Assembly (NCBI GenBank): GCA_963842525.1
Contig: CAWJGT010000009.1
Location: 768,001-832,000 of the forward strand
DNA: 64,000 nucleotides
DNA from: an uncultured Holophagales bacterium
Lineage (GTDB): Bacteria > Acidobacteriota > Thermoanaerobaculia > Multivoradales > UBA5704
Direction: 5' to 3'
Part shown: positions 1 to 10,751 of the stretch, piece by piece
How positions within the stretch are numbered: position 1 is the first letter of the stretch
Layout: each line of letters opens with the position of its first letter
The notes under the pieces: generated by a model
The model's input: only the letters and a program-made list of their open reading frames with translations
Database searches by the model: none
Told to the model about the DNA's origin: nothing
Translations under genes and position numbers: made by a program

Positions 1-1144
1 GGGCCACCGCGTACTCGCTGACCCGCCGGAGGTGCCCTTCCGTGTAGGAGTCCTTGGCCTCGACGGCCTGGGTCAGGGCCTGGACGACGTGCAGCAGGTC
101 GCGACGGAGGAGGCGGTTGGCGTCCACCAGCTCGTCGCGCAGCCACGCCTCCTGCTCCCGCGACGCGCCGACGAAAGCCCCCACGAGCGACAGGACCAGG
201 AAATGGCCGGAATGGACCCAGAAGTCGGCTCCCGCTCCCGGCTCGCCGGTCACCGCCGTCATCCCGGCGAGGCCGAGCAGCCAGGCGAGGCCGCTCGCCG
301 ATGCCGTGATCACCCCGCCGCGCAGGCCATAGCTCAGCGACGCCCAGAGGATCGGCACGAGGTAGGCGAGGACGACCCACGGCCGGCTCTCCGGAAGGAG
401 GCCCCCCACCGGCACCGCCGCCGCGGTCACGGCCAGCACCAGGACCCCCGCGATGAGCAGGTCGCGTTTCAGGTTCAGCTTACGGCGAGGCGACGCGACC
501 AGGACCGTCTCGGCGCCGACCGCTTCGACGACCTCGGGGGTCAGGCCGAGCCGCCGCGGCCGGCGGGCTGGCAGCTCGCCGGGGATCGGCACCATCCAGC
601 GGCGCAGCAACCGGTCCGCGGTCAGCAGCATCGGCGGCGCCAGGAGCACGGCGCCGACGAGAGCGGTCGCGGTCCAGGTCCAGAACCCGCGCGGGCCCCG
701 GCCTGCGAGAGCGAAGAGCATCCCGCCGACGAGCCCGCCCAGCGCCACGCTGCCAAGGAGCCAGAGGTGCGAGCGCAGATTGGGGAGCCCCCGGCCGACC
801 TCCGGCACGGAGCGGAAGACGAGGTACGCGGACGCACCGAGGGCCGCCGACGCGAGCGCCGCCACCAGGGCCGCGAGGAGGTCTCCCCGCAACGCCCAGA
901 CCGTGAGGAGATGCGCCACGGCGCAACCGGCCACCGCCGGCCAGCCGAGGAGCAGACCGGCACAGCCGGAGAGGGCCGGCGAGCCCCAGCCGCCCACCAG
1001 CCCGCCGGCGATCCCCGCCGCCGCCCCTGCGCCGAAGCGGATGCCCCGTGCCTCCCCGCGGAGCAGGTCACCAAGCCGCCGCACCGTCAGGGTCAGACCC
1101 GACGTGACGGACGCGGCACGATGCGGCTGGGTGAGGATGCTCAT
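1..1144 (-). CDS. Membrane-bound HD-GYP/HD-domain phosphohydrolase, partial (runs off the left edge)
   Basis: Not in the ORF track. ATG at 1144 after AGGGAC, several hydrophobic helices, then ALTQAVEAKDSYTEGHLRRVSEYAVA, the typical HD-GYP entry motif. Confidence 0.8.
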   Translation of the reverse strand, partial: MSILTQPHRAASVTSGLTLTVRRLGDLLRGEARGIRFGAGAAAGIAGGLVGGWGSPALSGCAGLLLGWPAVAGCAVAHLLTVWALRGDLLAALVAALASAALGASAYLVFRSVPEVGRGLPNLRSHLWLLGSVALGGLVGGMLFALAGRGPRGFWTWTATALVGAVLLAPPMLLTADRLLRRWMVPIPGELPARRPRRLGLTPEVVEAVGAETVLVASPRRKLNLKRDLLIAGVLVLAVTAAAVPVGGLLPESRPWVVLAYLVPILWASLSYGLRGGVITASASGLAWLLGLAGMTAVTGEPGAGADFWVHSGHFLVLSLVGAFVGASREQEAWLRDELVDANRLLRRDLLHVVQALTQAVEAKDSYTEGHLRRVSEYAVA

Positions 1145-1158
1145 GTCCCTCTCGCGGG

Positions 1159-1446
1159 TCAGGGCTTGGCGGGCGTCCCGGCCGCCGCCTCCGGAAGCGG
1201 AGCTGGAGGCGGAGACAGCACCTCCACCGCCGGCTCCCACCAGGGCTCGCCGGGGTCGAAGGCCTCTCCTTCGTGGGCACAGGGGGCCGCGATGTGATCC
1301 CTGCCGTAGATGGGTTTGCCCACGTGCCGGTTGCGGTGGAGCGGATAAATGCTGCCGCAGACGACGCAGAACCGGCCGAGGTCCCGGCCGTGCCGCTCCT
1401 CCGGGAGTTGGCTCTGCGGCGCCGCGTGCGGGGCTCGATAGACCAT
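1159..1446 (-). CDS. Small hypothetical protein, possibly Zn-binding
   Basis: 95 aa fitting tightly between ndk and the HD gene; CVVC plus H-IAAP-C-AH. Confidence 0.6.
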   Translation of the reverse strand: MVYRAPHAAPQSQLPEERHGRDLGRFCVVCGSIYPLHRNRHVGKPIYGRDHIAAPCAHEGEAFDPGEPWWEPAVEVLSPPPAPLPEAAAGTPAKP

Positions 1447-1457
1447 TCGTCGATACC

Positions 1458-1880
1458 CTAGCGGGCCGCCAACAGCTCGGAGGAGGAGAAGAAGAAGGCC
1501 AGCTCGATCGCGGCGTTCTCGGCCGAGTCGCTGCCGTGGATGGCGTTGTGCTCGATCGAGGTCCCGAAGAGCTGCCGGATCGTCCCGGGCGCGGCCTTGG
1601 CGACATCCGTCGCGCCCATCACCTCGCGCAGGTAGGGCACCGCGTTGTCACGCTCCAGCGCGACCGGAATCACCGGTCCGCTGGTCATGAAGTCCACGAG
1701 GCTGCCGTAGAACGGCCGTTCCCTGTGGACCTCATAAAAGGCCTGGGCTTGAGCTTGTGTCAGACGCAACATTTTCAGTCCACGAACGACAAAACCTGCG
1801 TCATACAGTTTAGCAATAATCCTGCCAGCATGCCCAGCCGCGACGGCGTCGGGCTTGATGATCGCGAGAGTCCTGTCCAT
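1458..1880 (-). CDS. ndk: Nucleoside diphosphate kinase
   Basis: RTLAIIKPDAV, FYEVHRERPF, NAIHGSDS. Confidence 0.97.
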   Translation of the reverse strand: MDRTLAIIKPDAVAAGHAGRIIAKLYDAGFVVRGLKMLRLTQAQAQAFYEVHRERPFYGSLVDFMTSGPVIPVALERDNAVPYLREVMGATDVAKAAPGTIRQLFGTSIEHNAIHGSDSAENAAIELAFFFSSSELLAAR

Positions 1881-1945
1881 GTCGAGTCATCTCCTCTTTC
1901 AACAGCAGTAGTTTCTTCGAGTCGTGTAAAAAGGGGTGACGGCGC

Positions 1946-2623
1946 TCAGCCGTTCCCAAGGATTTCCAGGTCTTCATCCGGACCGACCACCCGGAAGGCC
2001 TCGCCGACCACCTCCAGGGCGCCGTCCGGACCGAGCAGCACCGCCGACTCGGCTGGGATGCCCAGCCCCCAGCTCACTCCCTCGATGCCGAGGAGCTTAC
2101 GAAGCCGGCGGTCGTGGCCGGGATCGAAATTCGGCTCGACCACCCCGTCGGGGAGCCAGCCGAATCCGGGGACGGTTCGCCCCGGGGCGATGCTGCGCGC
2201 CACCCGTCCGGCCGCCTGCGCCGCGGCGGCGATCGCCACGACCATGCCGCCATCCCGGAGCTTGCGGGCCAGGGCCTCGGCAGCCGGCGTACCGGCGACG
2301 GCTTCGAGCAGGTGATCGGTCACGCCGCCGCCGAGGTAGACCGCCGGGACGGCGTCGATCCGTTCGGCGTTGCGTCCCCGGCGGCCGTCGCGCGACCGGT
2401 AGATGGGGATGACCTCCAGCTCCCGGTCGAACTGCTCCCGCATGTACTCGGCATAGTGCCGTGGATAGTCGTCCGAGCCGCTGGCCGCCGGGATGAACCC
2501 GACCGGCCCCGGCGCCGTCTTCTCGATCCAGGCGTAGTCCGCATCGACCGTATCGCCGAAGCTGAACTCCCCGCCCCCGAGGAGCGCCAGCCAGCCGCGG
2601 CCCGGGGTGCGGAGGGGGGTCAC
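1946..2623 (-). CDS. Peptidase S51/cyanophycinase-like protein, catalytic residues apparently lost
   Basis: GTG start overlaps the sucD stop; [22 protein letters not shown]; GxSAG reads AIAAA and PH reads PN. Confidence 0.75.
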   Translation of the reverse strand: MTPLRTPGRGWLALLGGGEFSFGDTVDADYAWIEKTAPGPVGFIPAASGSDDYPRHYAEYMREQFDRELEVIPIYRSRDGRRGRNAERIDAVPAVYLGGGVTDHLLEAVAGTPAAEALARKLRDGGMVVAIAAAAQAAGRVARSIAPGRTVPGFGWLPDGVVEPNFDPGHDRRLRKLLGIEGVSWGLGIPAESAVLLGPDGALEVVGEAFRVVGPDEDLEILGNG

Positions 2624-3501
2624 CCCCCCAGCACCTTCGCCATCATCGCCCCCATCTCGGCCGGCGACTCCACCACATGAATCCCGGCGGCGCGCATCGC
2701 CTCCATCTTCTCCTGCGCCGTGCCCTTGCCGCCGGCGACGATGGCGCCGGCATGGCCCATCCGCCGCCCCGGCGGCGCGGTGCGGCCGGCGATGAAGCCC
2801 ACGACCGGATTCTTGTAGTTGGCCGCGATCCATTCGGCGGCCTGCTCCTCGGCGCTGCCGCCGATCTCGCCGATCATGATCACCCCTGCGGTGCCGGGGT
2901 CTTCGGCGAAGGCCTGGAAGACGTCGAGGAAATTCGTCCCGTTGACCGGATCGCCGCCGATGCCGACGCAGGTCGACTGCCCGAGGCCGGCGTTCGAGAG
3001 CTGCCAGACCGCCTCGTAGGTGAGCGTGCCCGAGCGGCTGACCACGCCGATCGTCCCGGGCTTGTGGATGTGGCCCGGCATGATGCCGATCTTGGCCGCG
3101 CCCGGCGAGATGATGCCCGGGCAGTTGGGGCCGATCAATCGGGTGGGGCGCGTCGGATGGTCGCGCAGGAACGCCTTGACCTTGAGCATGTCGTTGACCG
3201 GGATGCCTTCGGTGATGGCGATCACCAGCTCGACACCGGCATCGGCGGCCTCCATGACCGCGTCGGCGGCGAACGGCGGCGGCACGAAGATCAGGGAGGT
3301 ATTGGCACCGGTGGCCTCGCGGGCCTCGGCGACCGAGTCAAAGACCGGGATCCCCTCGACCGACTCGCCGCCCTTGCCGGGAGTGACGCCGGCCACCACC
3401 TGGGTCCCGTAGTCGCGGCAGGCGAGGGCGTGGAAGGTGCCCTCCTTGCCGGTGATGCCCTGCACGAGCAGGCGCGTGTCCTGGTTCGCCCAGATCGCCA
3501 T
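2620..3501 (-). CDS. sucD: Succinyl-CoA synthetase alpha subunit
   Basis: [30 protein letters not shown]. Confidence 0.97.
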   Translation of the reverse strand: MAIWANQDTRLLVQGITGKEGTFHALACRDYGTQVVAGVTPGKGGESVEGIPVFDSVAEAREATGANTSLIFVPPPFAADAVMEAADAGVELVIAITEGIPVNDMLKVKAFLRDHPTRPTRLIGPNCPGIISPGAAKIGIMPGHIHKPGTIGVVSRSGTLTYEAVWQLSNAGLGQSTCVGIGGDPVNGTNFLDVFQAFAEDPGTAGVIMIGEIGGSAEEQAAEWIAANYKNPVVGFIAGRTAPPGRRMGHAGAIVAGGKGTAQEKMEAMRAAGIHVVESPAEMGAMMAKVLGG

Positions 3502-3504
3502 GGC

Positions 3505-4674
<1,170 letters not shown>

Positions 4675-4867
4675 GACGATCTCCTCCGAGACGTGTCCAA
4701 GAGACGGATTCGGAACGGAATCCCCCCGGCAGGGGGTTTCAGGTGCCCCCGGGACGGCAGGGCCGGGTTGGGAGCATATCAGAGGGGCGGGATCGCGCCA
4801 TCCGGCCCTCAGGAATCCAGCCTTCATGGGGGCAGAATGATCACCTCTCGGTGAATCAGCGCTGGCT

Positions 4868-6045
4868 CTACGGACGGAGGGTGAGCGTCCTACGACGCCC
4901 GTTCGCGGCGATCAGTTCCTCCATCAACCCGGCGAGTCCCCGGAAGCCAACCTCGAGCTCGCCGAAGGTCTTTTCGAAGGGCCGCTCGACATCGATCGCC
5001 AACACCCGGAGGGCGCTGTCCGGATAGAGCTGATGAAAGGCGCGCAGGTTCCGCGGGTCGAAGTCGTTCGCCGATGCCTTGCACTCGATGGCGAGCGGCG
5101 GCCGGCCGCGCCGGGGCACGACCAGATCGACTTCGTGGCCCCGCTTGTTGCGCCAGTAGTGGATACCGGTGCGCGGCAGATGGGTGTGGAGCTCGTTGAG
5201 CACGTAATGCTCCCAGAGCAGCCCGCGATCCTCCGGGCGCAGAGTCAACCAGCCTTTGTGATAGCACACGAACCCGCTGTCGAACCCGTAGACTTTGGGC
5301 GCGGCCACGATCTCGGAGGCGGCTCCGGACTCGCTGAACGGCCGTAAGATGTGGGCCACGTGAGTGGCCTCCAGAACCGCCAGGTAGTTCGTGATGGTGG
5401 TCCGGCTGACCTCGCAGGCGCGCGAAAAGCGGGTGGCTTCGAAGATCCCGCCGCTCTGGGCGAGCAGCAGCTCGAAAAAGCGCTGGAACGAGCTTCGCCG
5501 TTCGAGGCGGAAGAGCTCCAGCACGTCTTTAGCCCAGAAGGCGTCGAGCCACTCCTGGAAGTCGGCCTCCGGCAGCTCTTCGGCGAGGAAAAACGGCGGC
5601 AACCCGCCCCGGAGCAGCCGGTGATCGAGATCGGGACGCCCGAAATCGGCGAGGTCGGCGGCGCTCAGGGGGTGAGCCAGATCTCCTCCTTCCGCCCTGC
5701 CAGGGTGTCGCGAAAGCGGGCTGAGGCGCCGAGCGTCGAGGAGCCGGTCGCCAGAACCTGCGTGGAGGAGAAGTGGTCGGCCGCGATCTTGAGCAGCTCG
5801 GAAGGGTTGCTCAGACGATGGATCTCGTCGAGGACGACCCGCCTGCCTTCGAGACGCTGCAGGAAAGCTTCCGGATCCTCCATCTCTCTGCGGGTGCGCG
5901 GTAGCTCACAGTCGAAGTATTCGACGTCCGGGAGGCTCTGGCAGAGACTGGTCTTGCCCACCCGCCGGACGCCGGTCAACCAGACGACGCTCTTGCGCTC
6001 CCAGGCGCTGAGAAGGCGCTGCTGCCAGAAAGTGCGGGCGTACAT
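4868..6045 (-). CDS. AAA_14/DUF4143-type ATPase, frameshifted near 5668
   Basis: GVRRVGKT, LDEIH and ATGSS in one frame; GGLP, PKVYGFDSG, EVDLV and IECK in the next. One C missing in a C run restores LTPLSAADL. Confidence 0.85.
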
Positions 6046-6146
6046 GCAGCTAGTCTGGCAAATAGTGGCACTCAACGCAAATTGGCTTGCGTTTGGTCCC
6101 GCTCTGTGAAGCCCGGCATCTGAACCCGCGACGCGGGCGCAATGGC

Positions 6147-7295
6147 TCAGACCTTGATGAAGATCCGCCGCCGGTACAGGACGGCCATCAAGCCCAACCA
6201 GATCGCGACGTAGGTCAGAGCCCAGGCGATCGAGGAGACGTAGTCCGGCAGCCAGGCGCCGAACGAGTGGCGATACAGCCAGGCCTGCAGGTTGACGGGC
6301 TCGCCCGTCGGCCCGGTCCAGCGGATCAGCAGGATGATCTTTGCCAGCAACGTGCTGCCGAAAAAGGCGGCGATGGCATTGGTGCCGAAGATCGAGAAGG
6401 GCCGCGCCCAGCCGTCGCGACGCTTCATGTCGACGAGGTAGTAGACCGCGGCGACCAGCAGCAGGGCCATACCGGTGGTCAACACGACGTAGGTGGAGGT
6501 CCAGAGGTTCTTGTTGATCGGAAACCACGGATGGAGGGCGAGCCCGGCGACCGTGGCAGAGCATCCCCAGAGGAGCAGGCCCCGGAGCTTCTCCCGAGGG
6601 GCTCGCTGCGACCGCAGCCAGTCGCCGGCGAACAGACCGGCCAGGGCGGAGGCGATGGCGGGCACGGTGCTCAAGATCCCTTCCGGATCTCCGGGACCTG
6701 GCGCCTTCTTCCAGGTGTGATGGCCGAGAAGGGCATGGTCGACCCAGGCGGCGAAGTTGCCCTGCGGGCTCAAGTCCCCGGTGCCCTGCCCGGGCACCGG
6801 CACCAGCACCATCGCCAGCCAGTAGCCGGCGAGCAGCACGAGCGCCAGGATCGCCCGCGACCGGGGCCCGAGGTGGAGCCAGGCAAGCGCGGCGCAGAGG
6901 TAGACGACGGCGATCCGCTGCAGGACACCGGGGATGCGGGCGGCCGACCAGTCGACCGTGTAGAACGGAAACCAGCTCAGGAACAGGCCGAGAGCGAAGA
7001 GGATGACGCTACGCCGCACGATCTGCCGGTGCAGCGGACCACGATCGCCGCCGGATCGCGCCAGGCGCCCGGCAAAGGCGTACGGGATGGCGACCCCGAC
7101 CGCGAAGAGGAAGAAGGGAAAGATGAGGTCGGTTGGCGTCCAGCCATGCCACTCGGCGTGCAGGAGCGGAGCGTAGGTCTTGTCCCAGTCCCCGGCATTG
7201 TTCACCAGGATCATGGCGGCGATGGTCGCTCCCCGGAAGACGTCGAGGGAGCCCAGGCGGTCCGGGGGCGGGTTGATGTTAATGGATCCTAGCAC
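6147..7295 (-). CDS. HGSNAT-like (DUF5009-type) transmembrane acyltransferase
   Basis: SLDVFRG, LLHAEWHGWTPTDLIFPFF, GVLQRIA, DPEG, PINKNLWT; start uncertain. Confidence 0.88.
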   Translation of the reverse strand: MLGSININPPPDRLGSLDVFRGATIAAMILVNNAGDWDKTYAPLLHAEWHGWTPTDLIFPFFLFAVGVAIPYAFAGRLARSGGDRGPLHRQIVRRSVILFALGLFLSWFPFYTVDWSAARIPGVLQRIAVVYLCAALAWLHLGPRSRAILALVLLAGYWLAMVLVPVPGQGTGDLSPQGNFAAWVDHALLGHHTWKKAPGPGDPEGILSTVPAIASALAGLFAGDWLRSQRAPREKLRGLLLWGCSATVAGLALHPWFPINKNLWTSTYVVLTTGMALLLVAAVYYLVDMKRRDGWARPFSIFGTNAIAAFFGSTLLAKIILLIRWTGPTGEPVNLQAWLYRHSFGAWLPDYVSSIAWALTYVAIWLGLMAVLYRRRIFIKV

Positions 7296-7309
7296 TCGGG
7301 CGGAGCCGT

Positions 7310-7455
7310 TCAGACCATTACGAGATGCTCTGACGTAGCGCCTGGAGCCACCGATAGTGGGATGGAGTGATCGAAGGTAACAAGCCTTCCTCCATGTCGA
7401 CATGGTCTGCATCCAGTAGCGCGAGGAGCACGTCGATGTCGAGGAGTGCTCGCAT
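7310..7455 (-). pseudogene. VapC/PIN toxin remnant with an internal deletion
   Basis: ATG overlaps the antitoxin stop. MRALLDIDVLLALLDADHVD is joined out of frame to HGGRLVTFDHSIPLSVAPGATSEHLVMV*; the middle of the PIN domain is missing. Confidence 0.8.
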
Positions 7456-7697
7456 CAGCCGAGGTCGTCTTCGCGGAGCTTGTCAATCAGCTCGTTGGAA
7501 ACCGGCCTCCCGCGGGGCGGCAATGGCTCGAAGCCATAGAAGCGCTCCGGCTCCTTGGCATCAGCGGCCCCATACCGCTGTTTCAGAGCCTCCCTGGCGA
7601 GCTCGGACAAGAAATCACCGGCACTGCGCTTTTGCCGTCGCGCCCTGTCTTTAACCGCCCGCATGACATCGTCTGCGATGTCGAAAGTCGTACGCAT
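7455..7697 (-). CDS. VapB-like ribbon-helix-helix antitoxin
   Basis: MRTTFDIADDVM...SELAREAL...VSNELIDKLRE, directly upstream of the PIN remnant. Confidence 0.85.
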   Translation of the reverse strand: MRTTFDIADDVMRAVKDRARRQKRSAGDFLSELAREALKQRYGAADAKEPERFYGFEPLPPRGRPVSNELIDKLREDDLG

Positions 7698-7840
7698 ACG
7701 TCAGATGCTAGCACAAGGCAGTCACGGCCGGCCCCCGAATAGGTCCGAATAAACGTTTGGCTCCTCCGCTGGCACCAAACAACTCGCCTGGTCTCCCACC
7801 TTCAAAGAAGGCGGGGCCTTCGGCCCATTGTCTTGATGAT

Positions 7841-7866
7841 GCCGGCGGGACGCCGGCGCTCCCAGG
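7841..7866. repeat. REP-like palindrome
   Basis: GCCGGCG-GGA-CGCCGGC hairpin followed by GCTCCCAGG in an intergenic gap; resembles RAYT-associated REPs (single copy here). Confidence 0.4.
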
Positions 7867-7908
7867 GGTACACGCCGACACCTTTGTGTTCGTTTGAACC
7901 CTGGCACC

Positions 7909-8427
7909 TTAATTCGCGCGCGCTGGGCGCCGCCGGGTTCGCCTGGCACGTCCGAGCAGTGCGCGGAGGGCGCGGACCCAGGGTGTCCACGCCCGCGCGG
8001 CTGGTGGCTGGCCGGTCGCGGCGGCGGCGCGGTTGAACGCGTCCTCAATCAGCGCGTCATGCAGCGGCCGGAACACGACCGGCCAGGTCAGGCGCGCGGG
8101 GCCGACTGTCCGCATCAGGAGCTCGTGCCGGAGGCGTGTTCCAGAATCCCCGTCCGGCTCTACCACGAGGGCGTGCGTCCCGAGAAACCCTGGGGGCCCT
8201 GTGAAGTGGAAGCGGATGAGGCGGCCCGGCTCGTACGCTTCGACCGTATAGCGGATAGGCCCATGCCCGCCGACAGCTCCGACGGCCAGCGGCCGGTCCA
8301 GGCGCATGGCCGGCCAGCGCTGAAAGGGCCAGAGCTGGTCGCCGGGGCTGGCGAGGGTATCCAGGAGCGCTCCGACCTGCGAGGGTGGTACCGGGAGGAG
8401 TCGCTCGTGTATATTGCGGACCGGCAT
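7909..8427 (-). CDS. SRPBCC/polyketide-cyclase-like protein
   Basis: AGGAGG RBS; NIHERLL, GGHGPIRYTVEAYEPGR, PLHDALIED. Confidence 0.75.
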   Translation of the reverse strand: MPVRNIHERLLPVPPSQVGALLDTLASPGDQLWPFQRWPAMRLDRPLAVGAVGGHGPIRYTVEAYEPGRLIRFHFTGPPGFLGTHALVVEPDGDSGTRLRHELLMRTVGPARLTWPVVFRPLHDALIEDAFNRAAAATGQPPAARAWTPWVRALRALLGRARRTRRRPARAN

Positions 8428-8743
8428 GGCACGCCTCCTTGAGCCCAGCGGCAGGAAGAGAGCTCGTGGCGGGCCTAACTGTATCAGCTCACCGGGCCTG
8501 GCGACGAGGAGGAGGCGAGACGCCGTTGGGAGGGGCTTCGGGACGATTCTGAAGCCCTCCAGAAGTTTTTCCAGGGCTTCGGATCGGCCCTCAAGCCTTC
8601 CGGGAAAGATCCGGACGGCTGAAAAAATTTCTGGAAGACAACTCCCTTGGCATCACCGGGCGGAATCTCCGGGGACACCCCGGCCGGCCGTGTCCATCCC
8701 GAGCATAGCGAAGATCTGGGGATGGGGAAGCTCCGAGCCCCGC

Positions 8744-8852
8744 CCAGCCGCCGTAGAGCTCGTCGTTGGCCCCCTCCCGCAGTTGGTCGTGGGTTGACGG
8801 TCAGCCGGCAGGAGTCTTCGATCCGCTCGATCTCCCAGGTGACTCTCGAGGT
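8744..8852 (-). pseudogene. Fragment of an AHSA1/SRPBCC domain (ArsR-SRPBCC type)
   Basis: TSRVTWEIERIEDSCRLTV [+1 nt] THDQLREGANDELYGGW, with no start or full context. Confidence 0.6.
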
Positions 8853-8908
8853 CCTCTCGAGGTCCACTCGCTCTTGACGCGCACGCGCCGTTTGGTCACG
8901 ACGAGGCC

Positions 8909-10744
8909 TCAGCCGGCCGAAACGCGCGCCTGCGCGGCCGGTCTGCGGCGGTCCACGTGCTCGCGGCGCGCGGCGGCGGCTTCCCGGCAACGTCTCCAGC
9001 CATCGACCAGGTCGCGCACGCTCAGCGATTCGGCCATGATCGGGTGCGGCGTCTCCCACTCTTGCATGTTCACCGGTGTCAGGTTGAGGTGGGCGTTCAT
9101 CGCCTGCGGCGACCACAGGGCCCGCACGTTGGCGCCGCCGGTCGTCCACAAGCAGGGGTCGGCGACCGTATAGACGATCAGGGTCTGGCGGCCGAGAGCG
9201 GAGGAGAGGTGGGCCAGGCCGGTGTCGGTCGAGACGACGGTGGCGGCGGTGGAGAGGATGGCGACCATGCCGGGCAGGTCTTCGTGGATCGGCTCGATAC
9301 GCGCGCGTACGTCGTCCGGCAGCCGCGCGATCTCAGGGGCGAAGGAACCCTCCCGATTCGTGTCGCAACTGAAAACGATCCGTTGCGCTTGGCGGGATTC
9401 CCGCTCCGCCGCGGCGCACTCGCGGGCGATCTCGCAGAGGAAGCGCGAGAGCAGGTCCGGAGCGAAAGCCTTGCTGCTCTTCGAGGCCGACTCGATCACG
9501 CAGTGGTAGACCGTGCCGTCGAGCTTGTAGCGGTGGAGCAGCAGCTCGCGGCGGCGCTCGACCGCTGTGCCCAGGGGAAGGCTCATGCAGACCTCGGCGG
9601 GGCGGTCGGTGAGCTTGCAGCCGAGGAGGATCTCGATCAAGCGGTGCAGCTTGGCGGGATAGGAGGTGATATGGCGGCGCGGCGGAACGACCGACTGCCA
9701 GGGCACGATGTCGCGCGAATAGCGGTCGATCAGGAGGTCGACGACCGCGAGCGCCCGTCCGCGGTCTTGCGCCGCTGCCAGAAGCTCCGTCGACACCGCC
9801 GGTGCGGAGCTGACGAGGACGACCGTCCGTTCGTTGTGCCGGCGCAGGTCCTCCGCATAGACCGCGGCCTCCGCCGGGTCCCGCGGCCCGCAGAGGCTGC
9901 GCACGGTGGCGAACGGGTGGCGTTCGGCGATCCCCGCCAGGACCGCCGCGTAAGGGCTGATGATGGTCACCGGACGACGCAGGTGCGGGTGCAGGTCGAA
10001 AAGCTTGCCAAGAGCATCGATGGCGCTCATGCCGAGCAGCGCGTCGCCGAGGGCGTGCGAGGTATAGAACAGGATGCGCTCCGCCTCCACGAACGCCGGC
10101 CGCAGCGAGGCCGCCGCGTCCACGTCGTCGCCGACGCCGGCACAGTCCATCATCAGATTGGCACGGTCGAGGAAGGCCTGGGTGAGCTCGCCGTGCGCCA
10201 GCGCAGGCCGGCGGCCACGGCGGACATCGAGGGCGGCGCACACGGCGCCGAGCTCGATCCGGCCGCGCGGCGAAAGCGTGCCGTGGGTCAGCATGCGGCG
10301 CGCGCGCAAGGCGTCTCCCAGGTCGTCGCCGCCGAGGAAAAGGCGAGCCTCGTGGTTCGACCCGTCGAGCGACAGCGCCTCCTCGAAGAGGGAGCGCGCC
10401 TTCTCGTAGTCGCCGAAGCGCGCCGTCACCTGGCCCAGGAACGACAAGGTCCAGGTGTCGCCGGGGCGTTCCTCGTGCAGGCGCTCGAGCAGGTCCCGGG
10501 ACTCATCCGGCCGGCCGCGCCAGAAGAGGATGCGGGCCAATTCCAGACGGGCGACGTGGGCGTCGTCTTCCGCGAGCCCGGGGAGCCGGGCGGCGAGCAG
10601 GCGCTCGGCACCCGCCAGATCGCCGTTGTTGACCAGCTCGTCCTGCGCCCGGCTCAGCAGAATCGACCCTGCCCGTCCGCGTTGGCGGGCGAACGCTTCG
10701 GCACGCTGCCAGGCGTCGTCGCGCACCACGTTTCCCGCGCTCAC
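8909..10744 (-). CDS. TPR-containing glycosyltransferase family 9 (heptosyltransferase-like)
   Basis: N-terminal TPR-like helices; HALGDALL; VVSTDTGLAHLSSALG. Confidence 0.8.
   Translation of the reverse strand: MSAGNVVRDDAWQRAEAFARQRGRAGSILLSRAQDELVNNGDLAGAERLLAARLPGLAEDDAHVARLELARILFWRGRPDESRDLLERLHEERPGDTWTLSFLGQVTARFGDYEKARSLFEEALSLDGSNHEARLFLGGDDLGDALRARRMLTHGTLSPRGRIELGAVCAALDVRRGRRPALAHGELTQAFLDRANLMMDCAGVGDDVDAAASLRPAFVEAERILFYTSHALGDALLGMSAIDALGKLFDLHPHLRRPVTIISPYAAVLAGIAERHPFATVRSLCGPRDPAEAAVYAEDLRRHNERTVVLVSSAPAVSTELLAAAQDRGRALAVVDLLIDRYSRDIVPWQSVVPPRRHITSYPAKLHRLIEILLGCKLTDRPAEVCMSLPLGTAVERRRELLLHRYKLDGTVYHCVIESASKSSKAFAPDLLSRFLCEIARECAAAERESRQAQRIVFSCDTNREGSFAPEIARLPDDVRARIEPIHEDLPGMVAILSTAATVVSTDTGLAHLSSALGRQTLIVYTVADPCLWTTGGANVRALWSPQAMNAHLNLTPVNMQEWETPHPIMAESLSVRDLVDGWRRCREAAAARREHVDRRRPAAQARVSAG
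10697..10743 (+). repeat. 47-bp direct repeat, copy 1 (5' end of the GT9 gene)
   Basis: TTCGGCACGCTGCCAGGCGTCGTCGCGCACcaCGTTtCCCGCGCTCA; 44/47 identical to 12549-12595. Confidence 0.9.
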
Positions 10745-10751
10745 GTTGGTC

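Noticed and set aside
32-2315. Long plus-strand ORFs of 421 and 620 aa
   Set aside because: Antisense shadows of the HD-GYP, ndk and S51 genes; Arg/Pro/Ala-rich with no motifs, as expected in high-GC DNA
5660-5675. Programmed frameshift or phase variation in the AAA ATPase and other split genes
   Set aside because: The runs are short, there is no slippery heptamer with a downstream structure, and similar indels are scattered across unrelated genes
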